From Octopus vulgaris (taxonomy: Eukaryota): a DNA stretch of 64,000 nucleotides. How positions within the stretch are numbered: position 1 is the first letter of the stretch; each line of letters opens with the position of its first letter. The translations under genes were made by a program, and so were the position numbers. The stretch spans positions 128,650,001-128,714,000 of the forward strand of contig OX597816.1 of the NCBI GenBank assembly GCA_951406725.2. The letters are read 5' to 3'. The notes beneath the pieces were generated by a model, which saw only the letters and a list, made by a program, of their open reading frames with translations, had not been told where the DNA came from and did not search any database. This document shows, in pieces, positions 1 through 14,509 of this stretch.

Positions 1-667
1 TTTGCAGACAGAAAATAAATAGTTTATGTTTAGATTTTGTCTGTGGATGAACAATGCATTTGTGTTTGAACAAGCAGATAAAAACTAATAAAAGCTTATA
101 AACATCACCATTCAAAATATCACATTCCTTTATTTTTGTGATACTTCCATGAGTCTGAAATGATGTTTTTAGCCTTTGTGTCTTCCCTTGTTAATTTTCT
201 TCATTTCCCACAACCCTCATGAGTGAACTAACTTGTTTACATGTGTCTTCTAGATCTGATCTTTGACTCCTGACTCTATTCTAATCCTTATTTACTATTA
301 TATAACTGTTCATCTCTCAGTTCTCAACGGCCATTTGCTTTCCCCATTCATAACTGTACCTCTGAAGCTTGCACATCTCCTTCTTTTACTGCCCCTGTCA
401 TTTCCTTTCTCCCTCTGTATGTTTGCTCATCATCATCATCATCATAAATATATCATTATTATTATGAGCTGGCTGAATCGTTAGCCTGCCAAGCAAAATG
501 CTAAGCAACTTTTCCATCCAGCTGCACATTCTGAGTTCAAATTCTGCCAAGATCAACTTTGTCTTAAGACTTTGTCTTAAAATAAGCATCAGTTTTGCAC
601 TGGGGTCGATGTAATCAACTAGCCCCTCAACCCCAAATTTTCAGACCTTGAACCTTTAGAAGAAAGG

Positions 668-724
<57 letters not shown>

Positions 725-755
725 TTTATTATTTATTTATTATTTATTATTATTA

Positions 756-821
<66 letters not shown>

Positions 822-822
822 T
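668..822. repeat. (ATT)n microsatellite
   Basis: Read directly; it forms the tail of a family B SINE. Confidence 0.95.
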
Positions 823-985
823 TATAACAGTTTGATTTGGTTCCATACAACTTACAAGCCTGTCCCTTTCAGGCCTTAGATTACCAAATGGAGAGATACT
901 GAGCATCATGGAACCAAATAAAACTGTTTTAAATAATACATATAACTCCTAATAAACGAGCTGAGTGCCTTTTTTTTTCATTTGT

Positions 986-1057
<72 letters not shown>

Positions 1058-1059
<2 letters not shown>

Positions 1060-1297
1060 GAAACAATGGATTCAGAAGATAGGGTGTACTGGAAACTTTA
1101 GTTATCACAACGTTTGTTTCAACACATCCTGCACCTCATAGGTGGGAAACTATATAATGAATTACAATGCACCCCACAGAGTGCAAGCATTTCTTCAGGT
1201 GATGCAACTCAGTTTCTCACTACATAAGTAATGTTTCGTGAAGTATTACTTCACAAAAGTTTTCAGTATACTCTATCTTCTGTAATAATTGTTTCTA
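1058..1297 (-). mobile_element. Penelope-like foldback element with a degenerate minimal hammerhead (1104-1203)
   Basis: Imperfect inverted repeats 1058-1099 and 1256-1297. Minus strand reads ATCAC-CTGAAGA-(long stem II)-GAAAC-AAAC-G-TT-GTGAT. Adjacent to (TA)n. Confidence 0.5.
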
Positions 1298-3988
1298 GTA
1301 TACTCAATGTGTACTTAGGAATCCCTAATGTAGATCCAACGACGATTGTGTTATTATCATGGATGATGCTAGGTAGCCATAGGCAGTAAATGTGCTTTGT
1401 TGGCATACTAATAGGGACATACCCAAAGCTTAGATTAAGTTTTGAATTTAAATCTAAATGTTAATTTTAACTTATATATATGTGTGTGTGTGTATGTACA
1501 CACACACACTCACACACACATATATCTATACACATGCATGCAGACATATATATAGATATATATACATATACATACACACACACACACATATCATCATGAT
1601 CAAAATAAGACAAAAGAAAAGAAATAGATGATTTTAAGTAAATGAAGATGCAATAAACTTGTTATATTTTTAAAAATAGATATGAAATGTAGTAGTTAAG
1701 AATATGAAATTATCAGAGACAGTGCAATAGAGTCCATTTCGTAAATCAATCCAAAGATAAGATAAAGAATGGCAATTCTTGTTTTCCAAGATTGAAAGAT
1801 ATATATGAGTCATAAACTTTGAATAAATATGAAGATACCAGAAGAAGTTATAAATGTGTAGCATCTCAGCAGCCAAAGTATAATCAGAGGGCATGGCCAT
1901 TATTTGAAAAAACGTTACAAAATTATTTTTTGTGACAGGAAACAACACCAATTTTCTAGAGAAAAGGAATATAGATTACTCCCCTGGAAGAATGAAACAC
2001 AAAACCAAGGTAGGATTTGAATGCAGAAATATGAGGCATCAAAATAGATGCCACAAAGAATTTAACTGAGAAGGTGAACTATCTACATTTTATATGTATT
2101 CTGTAATAAGGGGCAGTATGTCTTTCCCAAAAACATAACACAATGCCAACAACTGAGATGTAATGTATACAATAAACAATGTCAATTATAATCACATAAC
2201 CACAGTGGCTATTGATTTTTAACTCTATAGTTTTCTTCCTACCTAAAATTGATGGTTGTGAATGGACATTGTTTCATCAATTTCTATTTGTGTAGTTCAT
2301 TTGCTCATTCTTTTTAAATCTTCTCTAATGTTCAATTACTCTAATCATTCAAACAATAATAATAACTACATGCATTTTAATAGGAATGGTCGTTATATCC
2401 CTTAAAATTGATGGCTACTGCTTTTCTCCAATCGTTTATGAAATTAACTTGGGGAATTATTTATAAAACCTCTAATACAACTCACTTATACCTGTTCAAA
2501 CAATCCCATTAAATAATTATTCAAATTAGCTTCCAAACAGCTATAAACTGCATCACAAAAATGTCCCTTAATGATTTCTATTTATTCCCTTTCTTTTAAT
2601 GCAGCCTCTTTTAGAAAATCTCAGCCAAATTTTAATCCATTCATCTCACAGCAACATTTCATGTACTTCTTCCAAGTAACTCAATATAAAATCACCCACT
2701 TTACCCTTCCAGCATAGAGATTTTGGTTTGATTTTGGCTTCCATTTCATCTTCTATTTCTTTTAACTTAAACACCATTGCCAACTGCAATAGTAGTGATT
2801 TGTTCAATAGAATCAAATACTTCCTGAAAATGGTTTATTGCCAATGTTTCAGTGGCTTTCCTTTAATTTCATTCATTGTTATCTTATTCGACTTTCTTCC
2901 GTCTGGTTAATTGAAAGAGTTTGTGTAGTGACACCTTTCATTTCCAAATAATTCTTGCATCTTTGATTTAATCTTGTTAGAAATTTCTAGTAAAGTTTTC
3001 AATGATTTTTAATTCAAGGTTTTAGCTTTGGAATTGTTCAAATGTATACACATTTTCGTCAGAAATTGTATAGGCAGCTTCATAATTGTTAGCTTTTCCT
3101 TATGGGAGTTTACACAGTAAGCTGATAACTTTGATGTTAATTCTTTATGAAAATTCTCTGATTGCTTAGTTATTTTCTCTAATGATTTCTTTAATTAGCT
3201 TGTGCAATCATCTACAACAGTGTTAATGTTTCTTGATTTGAAGAACATAGGATCAAAGTCATACTATTGTCCAGCAAGATTCTTCTGCAAAAGTGATATC
3301 TGGTAAGTAACACTGACCCTAGAATATATATAAAGCAAGCCAGCAATAAAAAGTTTCATTGTTTATCCTCTATGTTATCTTTAAAGTAAGTAGTACAACC
3401 TAGAAATTACTTCCTTTTGAAGTAAATGAATAAAATTAGTATGAATAATAAGATAATTATAATTATAAATGAATATTAAAATTATTATGATGAAATTAAT
3501 AATAATAAAGCAATTTCTAATATTGGTATAAAGCTATACACTTTAGCTTGTGGTCACATAGTATTACTGGTACTTATTTTATATGTCACAGAAAAATGAA
3601 GGCAAAAATCAACCAAGGTCACACATGAATTAAGAATATAAAAGTGTACTAAATACTGGAAAGCAGATACTACACTAAAGCTGATGATGCTGATGATGAT
3701 AATGATGATGATGATGATGATGATGAGGAGGAGGAGGTAGAGAAGGAGGAGGCTGAGGTGGAGGAGGGTGGGTGGTGTGATGGTAGTTTCTAATTTAGGC
3801 AGAAGGGTGGCAGTTTTGTAGGGAGGGGTTACTCAATTCCATCAACCCAAGTAATCGACTGGTACTTTATCTTTCACACCTCATCAGGATTTGAAATTTG
3901 ATATTAAAGAGCCAGAAAAAATTCCAAAGGGCATTTTCGTGATGCAACAATAATTCTTCAAGATTGCTGCCTTAATGATGTCAATAAT

Positions 3989-5287
3989 AACAAGAGCACT
4001 CAGAGAGTGCAAACCTCCACTAAGGCAACATCAACGTCCTCTCAACGATGATTTTTAAAATGAGAATATCTGAAATAAACTCCACTGCTCTCTCAAATGA
4101 GAATACTAAAAATGAACCTGATCACTCTCAAACATTAAATTAAAAAACAAGAAAAATAATCCAGAATCCTTGTCTAGTACCTGATCAATCCCAATAGTAG
4201 TCATGGAAAGTGAAGGTGGCAGTAGAAAATTTAGTAACAGTAATAAATAGTTTATCCTTATCTAATACAAGCAAAAGTTAACAAATTCACCATTCAAAAT
4301 AGTTTCAAATGCAGGGGCAATAATAATAAGTTTTACATAGGAATTTTTAAATGAATAGTATGAGACCTTTTGGTTTTTCGTTCTCTTAAATTCTGGTCTT
4401 CCTTTAGTATCCCTGTTATTTTAGATTGATGTATAGATGTATGTATATATGTAAGTATACTGTAAAGTGTTAATATGTATGTATAATATATAATATATAT
4501 TATAAAAAATATGTTAATGTTATTTAATTTCTGAAGAGTTTTGCTGCTGTTTATTTATGTAGTTTGGTTTCTTTATAAATCAGTTTCTAAGATAGAGATG
4601 TGAGTAAAATTAATAATAGAGAAATGAAAATAAAACTTTGGAAACAGCCTAAAGGGAGATAATTGAGAAAGACTTAAAAGTCAGAGAAAGGTCATAATCA
4701 TAAAAAGTAAAGTAAATATAACAAACTATCAGTATCGCCCGGCGTTGCTCGGGTTTGTAAGGGAAATAACTATAAAGCATTTTTAGAGAGTTATAGCCAA
4801 AAAATAGAAAAAAATGGAAAAAAAATTATGGTAAATTTTTTTGAAAGTTAAAAAGGTCGAGTCGCGTCCCCTAGACAGTCTGTGGTTTGTGTTTCTGATT
4901 CTCGACCCCATGTCCAATTTATCGATTTTTTCAGAACTGGGGGAACTTTTCAAAATTTTCACTGCGTTAGTTTTGAATTAGGACATTGGGCTATGTGTGT
5001 GTCAAGTTTCATCAGAATCGGTTGAAAGCCATGGTCAGGGTGAGGGTACAATCTGACAGACACACAGACAGACAAACTGCCGTTTATATATAGAGAGATA
5101 ATCCAGAATTCTTGTCCAGTACCAGATCTATCCCAAAATCTAATCAGTTTGTGCCAGTCATGAGGCCAACCCCATCTCTGAAAGTTTCATACCAATCCAT
5201 CCAGCAATTCTTGAGATATCTTGTCCATGAACAAACAAACAGACACAACTGAAACAATACCTCTGACTTCACTAAGGCAGAGGTAAT
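3989..5287. mobile_element. Helentron-associated (HINE/DINE-1-like) element split into 3989-4193 and 5099-5287
   Basis: AACAAGAGCACTC...CCTCC.CTAAGGC at one end and hairpin acctctg.c..cactaaggcagaggt at the other. A ~38-bp segment is duplicated at the break. Confidence 0.5.
4726..5098 (-). mobile_element. Non-autonomous Helitron
   Basis: Minus strand begins TCTCTCTATATATAAAC followed by a (GTCT)-like tract. It ends with the hairpin cccgagcaacgccggg and ATAG (CTAG variant), and sits between A and T. Confidence 0.7.
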
Positions 5288-5791
5288 AATAATACTAATA
5301 ATACAAATAATAATAATAATAAGGATGATGATAATAATAATGCTTTCAAATTTTGGCAAAAGGCCAGTAATTTTAGAGTAGGGGATGAGTCGATTACATT
5401 GACCCCCAGTGTTCAATTGGTACTTATTTCATCAACCTTGAAAGGATGAAAGGCAAAGTCAGCTTTGGAAAAATATGAACTAAGAACAGGATGAAATTCT
5501 GCTGAGCATTTTGCCCAGATGTGCTAGCAATTCTGCCAGCTCAACACCTTGATAATGATAATAACAACAACAACAATAATAATAATCCTTTCTACTAAAG
5601 GCACAAAGGCTGAAATTTGGTAGGAGGGGACTAGTCAATTACATTGACCCCAGTATTTCACTGGTACTTAATTTTTTTACTCTGAAAGGATGAAAGGCAA
5701 AGCCTACCTCAGCAGAATTTGAACTCACAACGTGAAGACGGATGATGAGCATTTTGCCCAGTGTGCTAGCAATTCTGCCAGCTTAACACCT

Positions 5792-5855
<64 letters not shown>

Positions 5856-6258
5856 TCTCTTTTCTCTTTCCCCGTCTGTCTTGATAGACAATGGGTTGCG
5901 CCAAGGGTGGGGCCTACTTTGATGATGTGCAGCATCTGCTGTGACTGAACAGTCCAATTCTAGAGTGGCAGTCCTTGGTACATTTGCTGCACACGAACAT
6001 CGATGGGTACTTGTGGGGTGTTGCTGCAGTTGTCCTCCTCCTGTCCCACCTGTCCAACCACAGCTGTGCTCTCCTCTCCTCAGCCATGGAAACGCCTTTC
6101 CTCACCGTCCGACGCCAGGCAGAGCGGTCAGCAGCTGTTTCCTCCCACGTGTCCACACAGATGTTGGCAGTCCTCAGGTCACGCTTGCACACGTCCCTGT
6201 ATCGTAGCTGTGGACGTCCCTTGGGTCGGGATCCCGTGGTGAGTTCGCTGTACAGGAT

Positions 6259-6259
<1 letters not shown>
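5856..6259 (-). mobile_element. 3' fragment of an RTE (BovB-like) LINE inserted in (AAT)n
   Basis: ILYSELTTGSRPKGRPQLRYRDVCKRDL...WEETAADRSAWR...CSKCTKDCHSRIGLFSHSRCC. Confidence 0.9.
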
Positions 6260-6315
<56 letters not shown>

Positions 6316-6350
6316 GCAACAACAACAACAACAACAATAATAATGATAAC

Positions 6351-6449
<99 letters not shown>
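6260..6449. repeat. (AAT)n/(AAC)n microsatellite
   Basis: Read directly. Confidence 0.95.
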
Positions 6450-6534
6450 CAAGCAATTTCAAAAGATTATTATTACTTGATTTTCAAATTGCTCTTTCGA
6501 AATTACTCAATAATGTACAATATGGCTATAAAAT

Positions 6535-8235
6535 TTTTGATATTCAGTGATAACATCAGGATGCAATTTGGCCTTGATAAATGTGCAAAAGCTATCTTTA
6601 TCAAAGAAACATCCAATGTTAATCTTGACCAGCAAAATGTCATAAAGGAGTTAGTACCAATGGAGAGCTGCAAATACCAAGGGGTATCTGAAGGGGACGG
6701 AATTAAACATTCAGTGATGAGGGAAAAGATCAGAAGAGAATGTTATCGCAGGGTAAGGGCAATACTCAAGACAGAGGTGAATGCAAGAAACAGAATTGAA
6801 ACAATCAATACATTAGCAATACTGGTCATGGCTTACAGTTTCAATAGTATTAACTGGTCAATTACTGAAATCTGTAATATTGACATAAGAATACGAAAAT
6901 TGTTGACAATGCATAGAATGCACCTTCCTAAGGCAGATTTAGAACAACTTTACCTGTCAGTGGCTGTGGACTTTTACAAGTGGAATTAACAATGAAGATT
7001 ACTACAAGTGGCCTAGAAATATGCCTGAAAATCTCTAATGACTGGATGTTAAAACTTGTTTTAAAGCATGAAAACAAGAAAACATCATACTCAGTAACAA
7101 AACAGGCAAAGGAATATCTTAGTGAATTCCAAATACAAGAAATCCCAGAATTAGACATACTGGAAACAAGCACAGAAAAAGCTAAGTGTAAGAAAACCCA
7201 TGCTAAAACTGCTGCCTTAGATATTCTTACTAATAAATGGCAAGAAAGAGCTAATAATGCCAATGTTGACAAAGCCCTTATCCATCAATAGTTAGTGCCT
7301 TCTGGCTTAAAATCGTAGCAGCCCAAGATAAATGCCTACCTACAAGAAGCTACCAGGACAACATCTTAAAGAATGGCAGTAGCCCAACATGTCATGTATG
7401 TAAGCAACAAAATGAAGCCATTGATCATGTTGTCTCCATGTGCCATCTTCTTGTGCCTACAGAGTATCTGAACAAGCATGATAGAGCAGCACAGTATATT
7501 CACTGGGTAATTTGCAAGACTTGGACCTGCCCCATGATAAAAAGTAGTGGAGGCACAAACCACTGCTAGCGTTTGAAAATGACCACATCTCTGGAATTTC
7601 ACCATTCAAACTGACAGAAACACAAATGCAAATAGGCCAAACATTATATTGAAGGATTTCAGATAAAAATTATGCCTCTTCAACAATATGACTGTCCCAA
7701 CTGACATAAATGTATGTGTCAAGACCTACCAAAAACTGAGCAAGTATAAACATCTTGAAATAGAAATTGGAAAAATGTGGAACCTCAAGACTAAAACAGT
7801 ACCTGTTTTCATAGGTGCACTAGGAATGATAGCAAAGGGGGCTGATTGCTATCTGGGTCAGAAACCAGGAAATCCAAAAATGGAAAAAAATTTAAAAAAC
7901 AGTGCTCATGGGAACTGTCCATTCCTACATAAAATATTGACTGTGTAATCCCCAAAATATTTCAAACATTATCAAAATACTTTTAAATGTACATAACAAC
8001 AAACACGTTTTACTATCCTCCTAACATCAGACTATCTTATAATCAAATTACTTTTAAAACAAACTTCTAATTTACTTGTGTTTTGACAGACATTCTCTAA
8101 AACAGTACTCTGTACAAAACCAAATATATGGCACCCTACTCATAACACCAACTTGAACTTCTAACTTGTCTCTTGAGGTCGCTGGGTGAGTCTTGAAGTC
8201 AACTTGTACAAATACAAAGCAAAAGCCAAACATGT
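6535..8235 (+). mobile_element. 5'-truncated degenerate R4/Dong-like LINE
   Basis: ORF pieces FSDNIRMQFGLDKCAKA, RMHLPKAD and KYKHLEIEIGKMWNLKTKTVPVFIGALGMI, homologous to 33.9-35.4 kb. Ends in (TAA)n. Confidence 0.9.
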
Positions 8236-8304
8236 AATAATAATAATTATTGTTATAATTTGGGCCCTTGTGGTTAATAAGAGAAGTCATCATCATCATC
8301 GTTA

Positions 8305-8335
<31 letters not shown>

Positions 8336-11311
8336 GATCATCATTATTTTGTGAGCATATAAAATCCTCCACCAGGCTTCATGAAGCAGAAGAATGTCAC
8401 CTTCAACTCTGATTATCACTGAATAAATTCCAAGAACATGGAAGCATTCTCTTTATTTAACATACCACTATCACTTCTTCCTCATCTAAAACCTCTCTTT
8501 AAGCTGATAATGCTAGTATAGTTGTTGTTAGTACTTTTGGTAATCATGTATAAGTGTGTGATATTGTTTTTGTTGTTAATATTTTTGTCTATGCCATGTG
8601 CATTTTTAGATGTTTGCATTTGTAAAATTATCTGCATGTTCAATTGTCATGATTTTGTTTATATTTTTATCAAATTTTCTTTGTTTTAGTTTAAATTCAA
8701 TTTCATTTATTTGAAAATTATTTCGTTTTTGATCACAAAAATCAATTGCTAATTCCTTTGTTATTAGCACCTTATCCCATTCCTCTAATAGAGGAAGCCA
8801 TATTAAATTAAATGTAAACACAAGATAAAATGCTTCGGCAAAAATAAAATAATGTCTAAAAGACAAACCTCTTGCTTATGCCAAGTATTGAGGTAGAAGA
8901 CCACATGTTCCAAACTATTCTCTTTCCAAAATAATCCAGAATAGAAAATGTCCAGTAAGTAAAAGCTTGTGATTATCTGTATTTCTAGAAGTAATCTCAA
9001 CCACAAACACAACCGTTCACCCTCAAAATCAAGAACAAGAGCAATAATTATTTCTGACATATGCACAAGGTCTGAAATTTGTGGGAGAGTCAATTAAATA
9101 AATTGATTTAAGAGTTTAACTAATATTTCTTTTTACTAACCCTAGAAGGATGAAAAGCAATGTTGAACCTGGTTGGATTTGAACTCAGAACATAAAGAAC
9201 CAGAACAAATACCATAAATTCCACTGCTCTAAATATTCTGTCATTCTTTCTTTATTTGACACATTGCTGTCAGAGCTCATTCATTTCTAAAATAAAATAT
9301 TATATAAAGGGTTTATAGGACATGTGGGTAAGCACAAACATGTATGTGGAAAAAATTGTCATGCAATATATAAGGATAGATGAAAAGTCAAGATTAACAA
9401 GCAAATAAATAAATATAAAAGACAGCAAAAACAGACAGACAAGCATACAAACAAACAAATGAAATGAATAAAAACAAGGACAATCTGCCCATACATGTGG
9501 GAGAGCAACCCACAACTCTGATTACCTTCCACTCATAATTCAGAAAATTTCTACCAGCAGTTTTGGTTTTGGACAGAACGAGAATTTTCCTGTATCCCCT
9601 AGATTCTCACATTTTAGCTGTTGATATACAATTAATGGGGTTTACCAATAGTCTGTTCTTGAAATTTTTATTAAGTCAGATGCTATTCACTTAGGACATC
9701 CATCAGTTCCTCATTTGCTACTCAAAGAACTGTGAATACCATTAATTTCCAGAGGAAGATAGACTCTTCCTTGTATGTCTAAACATTGATTTGCATTCTC
9801 CAGTATCTATTTGCCCAATATCAACATATGACATTGAGGGTGTAATGGGGAGAGGAAATCTCAAATTCCTAGACATCAGCTTCTGAGATTGAGAATGAAG
9901 TGATTTTTTAATGCACTCTTTGAAGTTAGAAACAGCAACTTCTGAGGCCTGTTGTTGGTTTTTGCTTCAACTGCTACAGACAGCTTTTTAGTTGTCCTCT
10001 CTGCTGAATTGAAATCCTTCATATGGTTCTAATTCCCACATATAGAGGAACTGAACTTTCTACCCAGCACCATAAGTGTGAGTGTTTTCAGTTTTTTGGA
10101 ATAGCATTCTGGTTTGGGGAGTTATCTAGACTTATATGCCCTTACATAAACCAACAAAACATTTTATGCTAGCACTACACTGACTCCCAGCCCATATTGT
10201 GCCTAAATAGCAAGAATGAACCAAGAGCAAATATCACTACCAATGTTCTGGGTGTAGACCCTTGTACTCTGGCTCCATAATTATTGTGGAGCCAGCTTTG
10301 AATAGGCATGATGCACATCAACCCTGTGTCTTCTTGCTTCTTCGTCAGTCTTAAAGACCATATATACTCTTTCATATACAATTTTCTAGTCAATAAAACA
10401 CACCATTCCACACACCTGCATGGCTGATGCAATATGAATTACAACAATAATAACAATCATTCAATTATTTTCAGTTTAACACCAATGATTGCATCTCTTG
10501 TATATGGAGAAAAGTCCTTTGCTAAGCATTAGCAATGTTAAATATAACAGCATCATTTTCAAAGTATTAAGAGTTAAACCAATCTAAAAATGAAACCAAT
10601 GTCAGGTTATTAAACATTGGCTTACAAGTAGTTCTGAAATACCTTGTAATTTCCTTTTGATAGTTCTGTCGAGCATTTTCCCAGCAAATTTAAATCATCA
10701 ATACCTAAGGCTATCATTAAATAAGATAAATGCCCTTTGAAATAATCATTTCGCATTTTTAGTGCTATTTATTTTTATAGATTTATTAATAATTTTAAAC
10801 TTCTATGAAAAAAATTTGGAAAAATGTTGAGTTGTCAATTCATTTTTATTTAGCATTAATTTTGGAAATTGTGATGAATTGAATTATTCAATATTATCTG
10901 GTGACGATTGTAATTAAACTACAAGAATATTAACACAGCCTACTCAAGACTTATATCAAACATTTTTATTCAGACAGAAGACTATATTTAGAACTACATT
11001 ATTCAATGAAAACTTGCTTCTTTTTTTATGACTGTGGGGATATGATTTAAGGGAAATTTGGTTGCTATTTCTGGTAGAACAACGGGTGAGTGTGAATATC
11101 ACTGTTATTATTGGTTGTTTAACCCCAGGCCAGCCCTGATATTGTAGACTTATAAGGAAATGTATTACTGCTAGCTGCAACTATGCTATCTCATTTTTCA
11201 GACACCCATCAAAGATAATATTGTATCCTTTTTAAAAATGATATGAGAGATTTGGCTGCTGTTGCATGTGACAATATAGAAGATAAGTTAGAACATTATA
11301 ATACAGTTAAG

Positions 11312-11722
11312 CTTTATTTTTTGACTGTAGCCATGCTGGGGCAGCACCTTGAAGGATTTTAGTTGAACAAATTGCCCTCTGGACTTTTTTTTTTGAAGCC
11401 TAGTAATTTTGCCAAACTGCTAAGTTATAGGGACATAAACACATCAACACTGGTTCTCAAGCAGTGTGAGGGGACAAACACAGACACAAAGACACACACA
11501 CATAGATATATACACACATATATGATATATATATATACAAAGACACACACACAAATAAACAGGCATATGACAGCCTTCTTTCAGTTTCTGTCCACCAAAT
11601 CTACTCAGAAGGCTTTGGCTGGCCTCAGGCTATAGCATAAGACAGTTACCCAAGATGCCACACAGTGGGACTGAACCTGAAACCATGTGACTGGGAAACA
11701 AGCTGCTTACCATACAGCCACT
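11312..11722 (-). mobile_element. SINE family A copy
   Basis: Reverse-complement similarity to 45232-45716. Confidence 0.75.
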
Positions 11723-11894
11723 AAGCCTCATTGTTTAAATGACAGTATGTTAGGTTTCTTTAAAGTTGCAAGCTAGCAGAAACGTTAGCATGCTGGGCAA
11801 AATGCTTAGTCGTATTTCATCTGTGAGTTCAAATTCTGCCGGGGTTGGCTTTGCCTTTGAGAAATGAAGTAAACGTAGCTGCCTTTAATCTTTT

Positions 11895-12290
11895 ATGATT
11901 TATCTGGTTCAGGCATTAGACTGTGGCCATACTGGGGCACCACTGAAGTTTTAGTTGAAGAAATCAACCCCAGTACTTTTTTTTAAGCATGGTACTTATT
12001 CTATCAGTCTCTTCACCAAACCACTAATTTATGGGGACATAAACACACCATTACCGGTTGTCAAGTGGTGGGGACAAACAGAGACACAAAAACGTATCCA
12101 TACACACACACACACACACACATTTGTCTTTATATATGTGTATATATGCTGGGCTTCTTTCGGTTTCAATCTATCAAAACTACTTGCAAGGATTTGGTCA
12201 GCCAAAGGCTACAGTAGAAGACACTTGCCTAAGGTGACATGCAGTGGGACTGAACCCATAACCATGTGGTTGAGAAGCAAGCTTCTTAGC
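11895..12290 (-). mobile_element. SINE family A copy
   Basis: Reverse-complement similarity to 45232-45716. Confidence 0.75.
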
Positions 12291-12732
12291 ACTCTAAATA
12301 TATTCACTTGTTATCATGAAACAGGTAAATTGTAAGTCAACAATGGAGTTTCTACATGGTTGTACATCCTGCTAGAAATATCAGCTAAATCTCATCTCTT
12401 TCGATCACACCCTACTGTCTGAGAAAAGAAGACATCGGATAACTCAAACTTGGTTTCTCTGTGTATAGGATTGTTACACAAGAATAAATTTTGATCATAG
12501 GTCATCATGGTCCATAATGATTTGGGTCTTAGGTAAACTGAGCAAGAGAAGCCCAATTATAGTAATCTGTGGCAGCTTTGGAACATCTACTTGGAAATAA
12601 TTAATAATCACATTGGAAAGGTTTAGCACTCACTATATACATGCATAGGATTAAACAAATATATATGTGTGTGTGTGTGTATTTATATATGCAAATGCAT
12701 ACATACACACACACACACATATATAAATGTAT

Positions 12733-12766
<34 letters not shown>

Positions 12767-13067
12767 CAAGTGATGCATATATACACACGTATATATATAT
12801 ATTTACTTACATACACATATACATATATATATGCACATATACTAACACATATATGTGTGTGTGAGTCTATATATATTCGTCATGATAGATTGGTAGCCAC
12901 TACACATTCTTTATTTTCTCTTCTTGTTTCTGTCTGTGTTCCTTTCTGTGGAAGAGCGTCGGCTCAAAACGTTAAAGACTTTTTTCACTTCCTGGGTGTC
13001 ATACTAATATATCTGCTTGTTGTCTACACCACCTGTCTTCATCTTTTGTTTTTCTGTGAATTGTCCC

Positions 13068-13803
<736 letters not shown>

Positions 13804-14509
13804 CATAATTGCATACATATACATTTGTACACACACACACATACATGCACAACACACACACACACACACACAAACATACATACACACAAACATACATACA
13901 TACACACACAAACATACATACACACAAACATACATACATGCACACACACATGCACACACATACGTACATACATACATGCTTGACTTACTGATTGTTAATA
14001 TGGTTAAGGTTGATTAGCAGAACTGGTACATCTTTAGTAGATAAAATGTCTGTATGTCAGTCTAGTACTGGGGTTGATCTAATATTAGATTATTGGTTAT
14101 CAATTTTCTATGCTGTTGATTTCATCTCGCTTCTGAAAAAGTTTCTCATTGACTCGTTTGTTCTTCAGTGTGGAATAGGAAAGCAGAAACAATGCTACTA
14201 AGATAAACACAAAACCATTGATTTCTGATATCTACATATGTAACATGAAAAAGAAAAAAAAATGCAATTTTGAAATTTAAAATATAAAAGTTATAAAATG
14301 TGTGAAATTTATGCGGTTATATCATCATGTACGACTGTGATGCACAGTTTCAAAATGTTGAGTAACAGCTCAAAATCAGCAATTTTGATATATGTTGCTG
14401 GCTCTATATTGCATCCTGAAGACAGCTTGCGAAAACAGTTCTTATGTCTTAGATCAAATAGGTAATCCTAGGTTGCTAAACACTGCACACAGTGGTCACT
14501 AATACACAC

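Noticed and set aside
2243-3318. Dynamin-like/NUGGC GTPase helical region
   Set aside because: Only a vague helical resemblance, and no P-loop GTPase motifs were found in upstream exons. Left as an unassigned helical segment.
5914-6462. 182-aa poly-Tyr ORF
   Set aside because: It is an (ATT)n tract read in frame into an RTE LINE fragment, not a gene.
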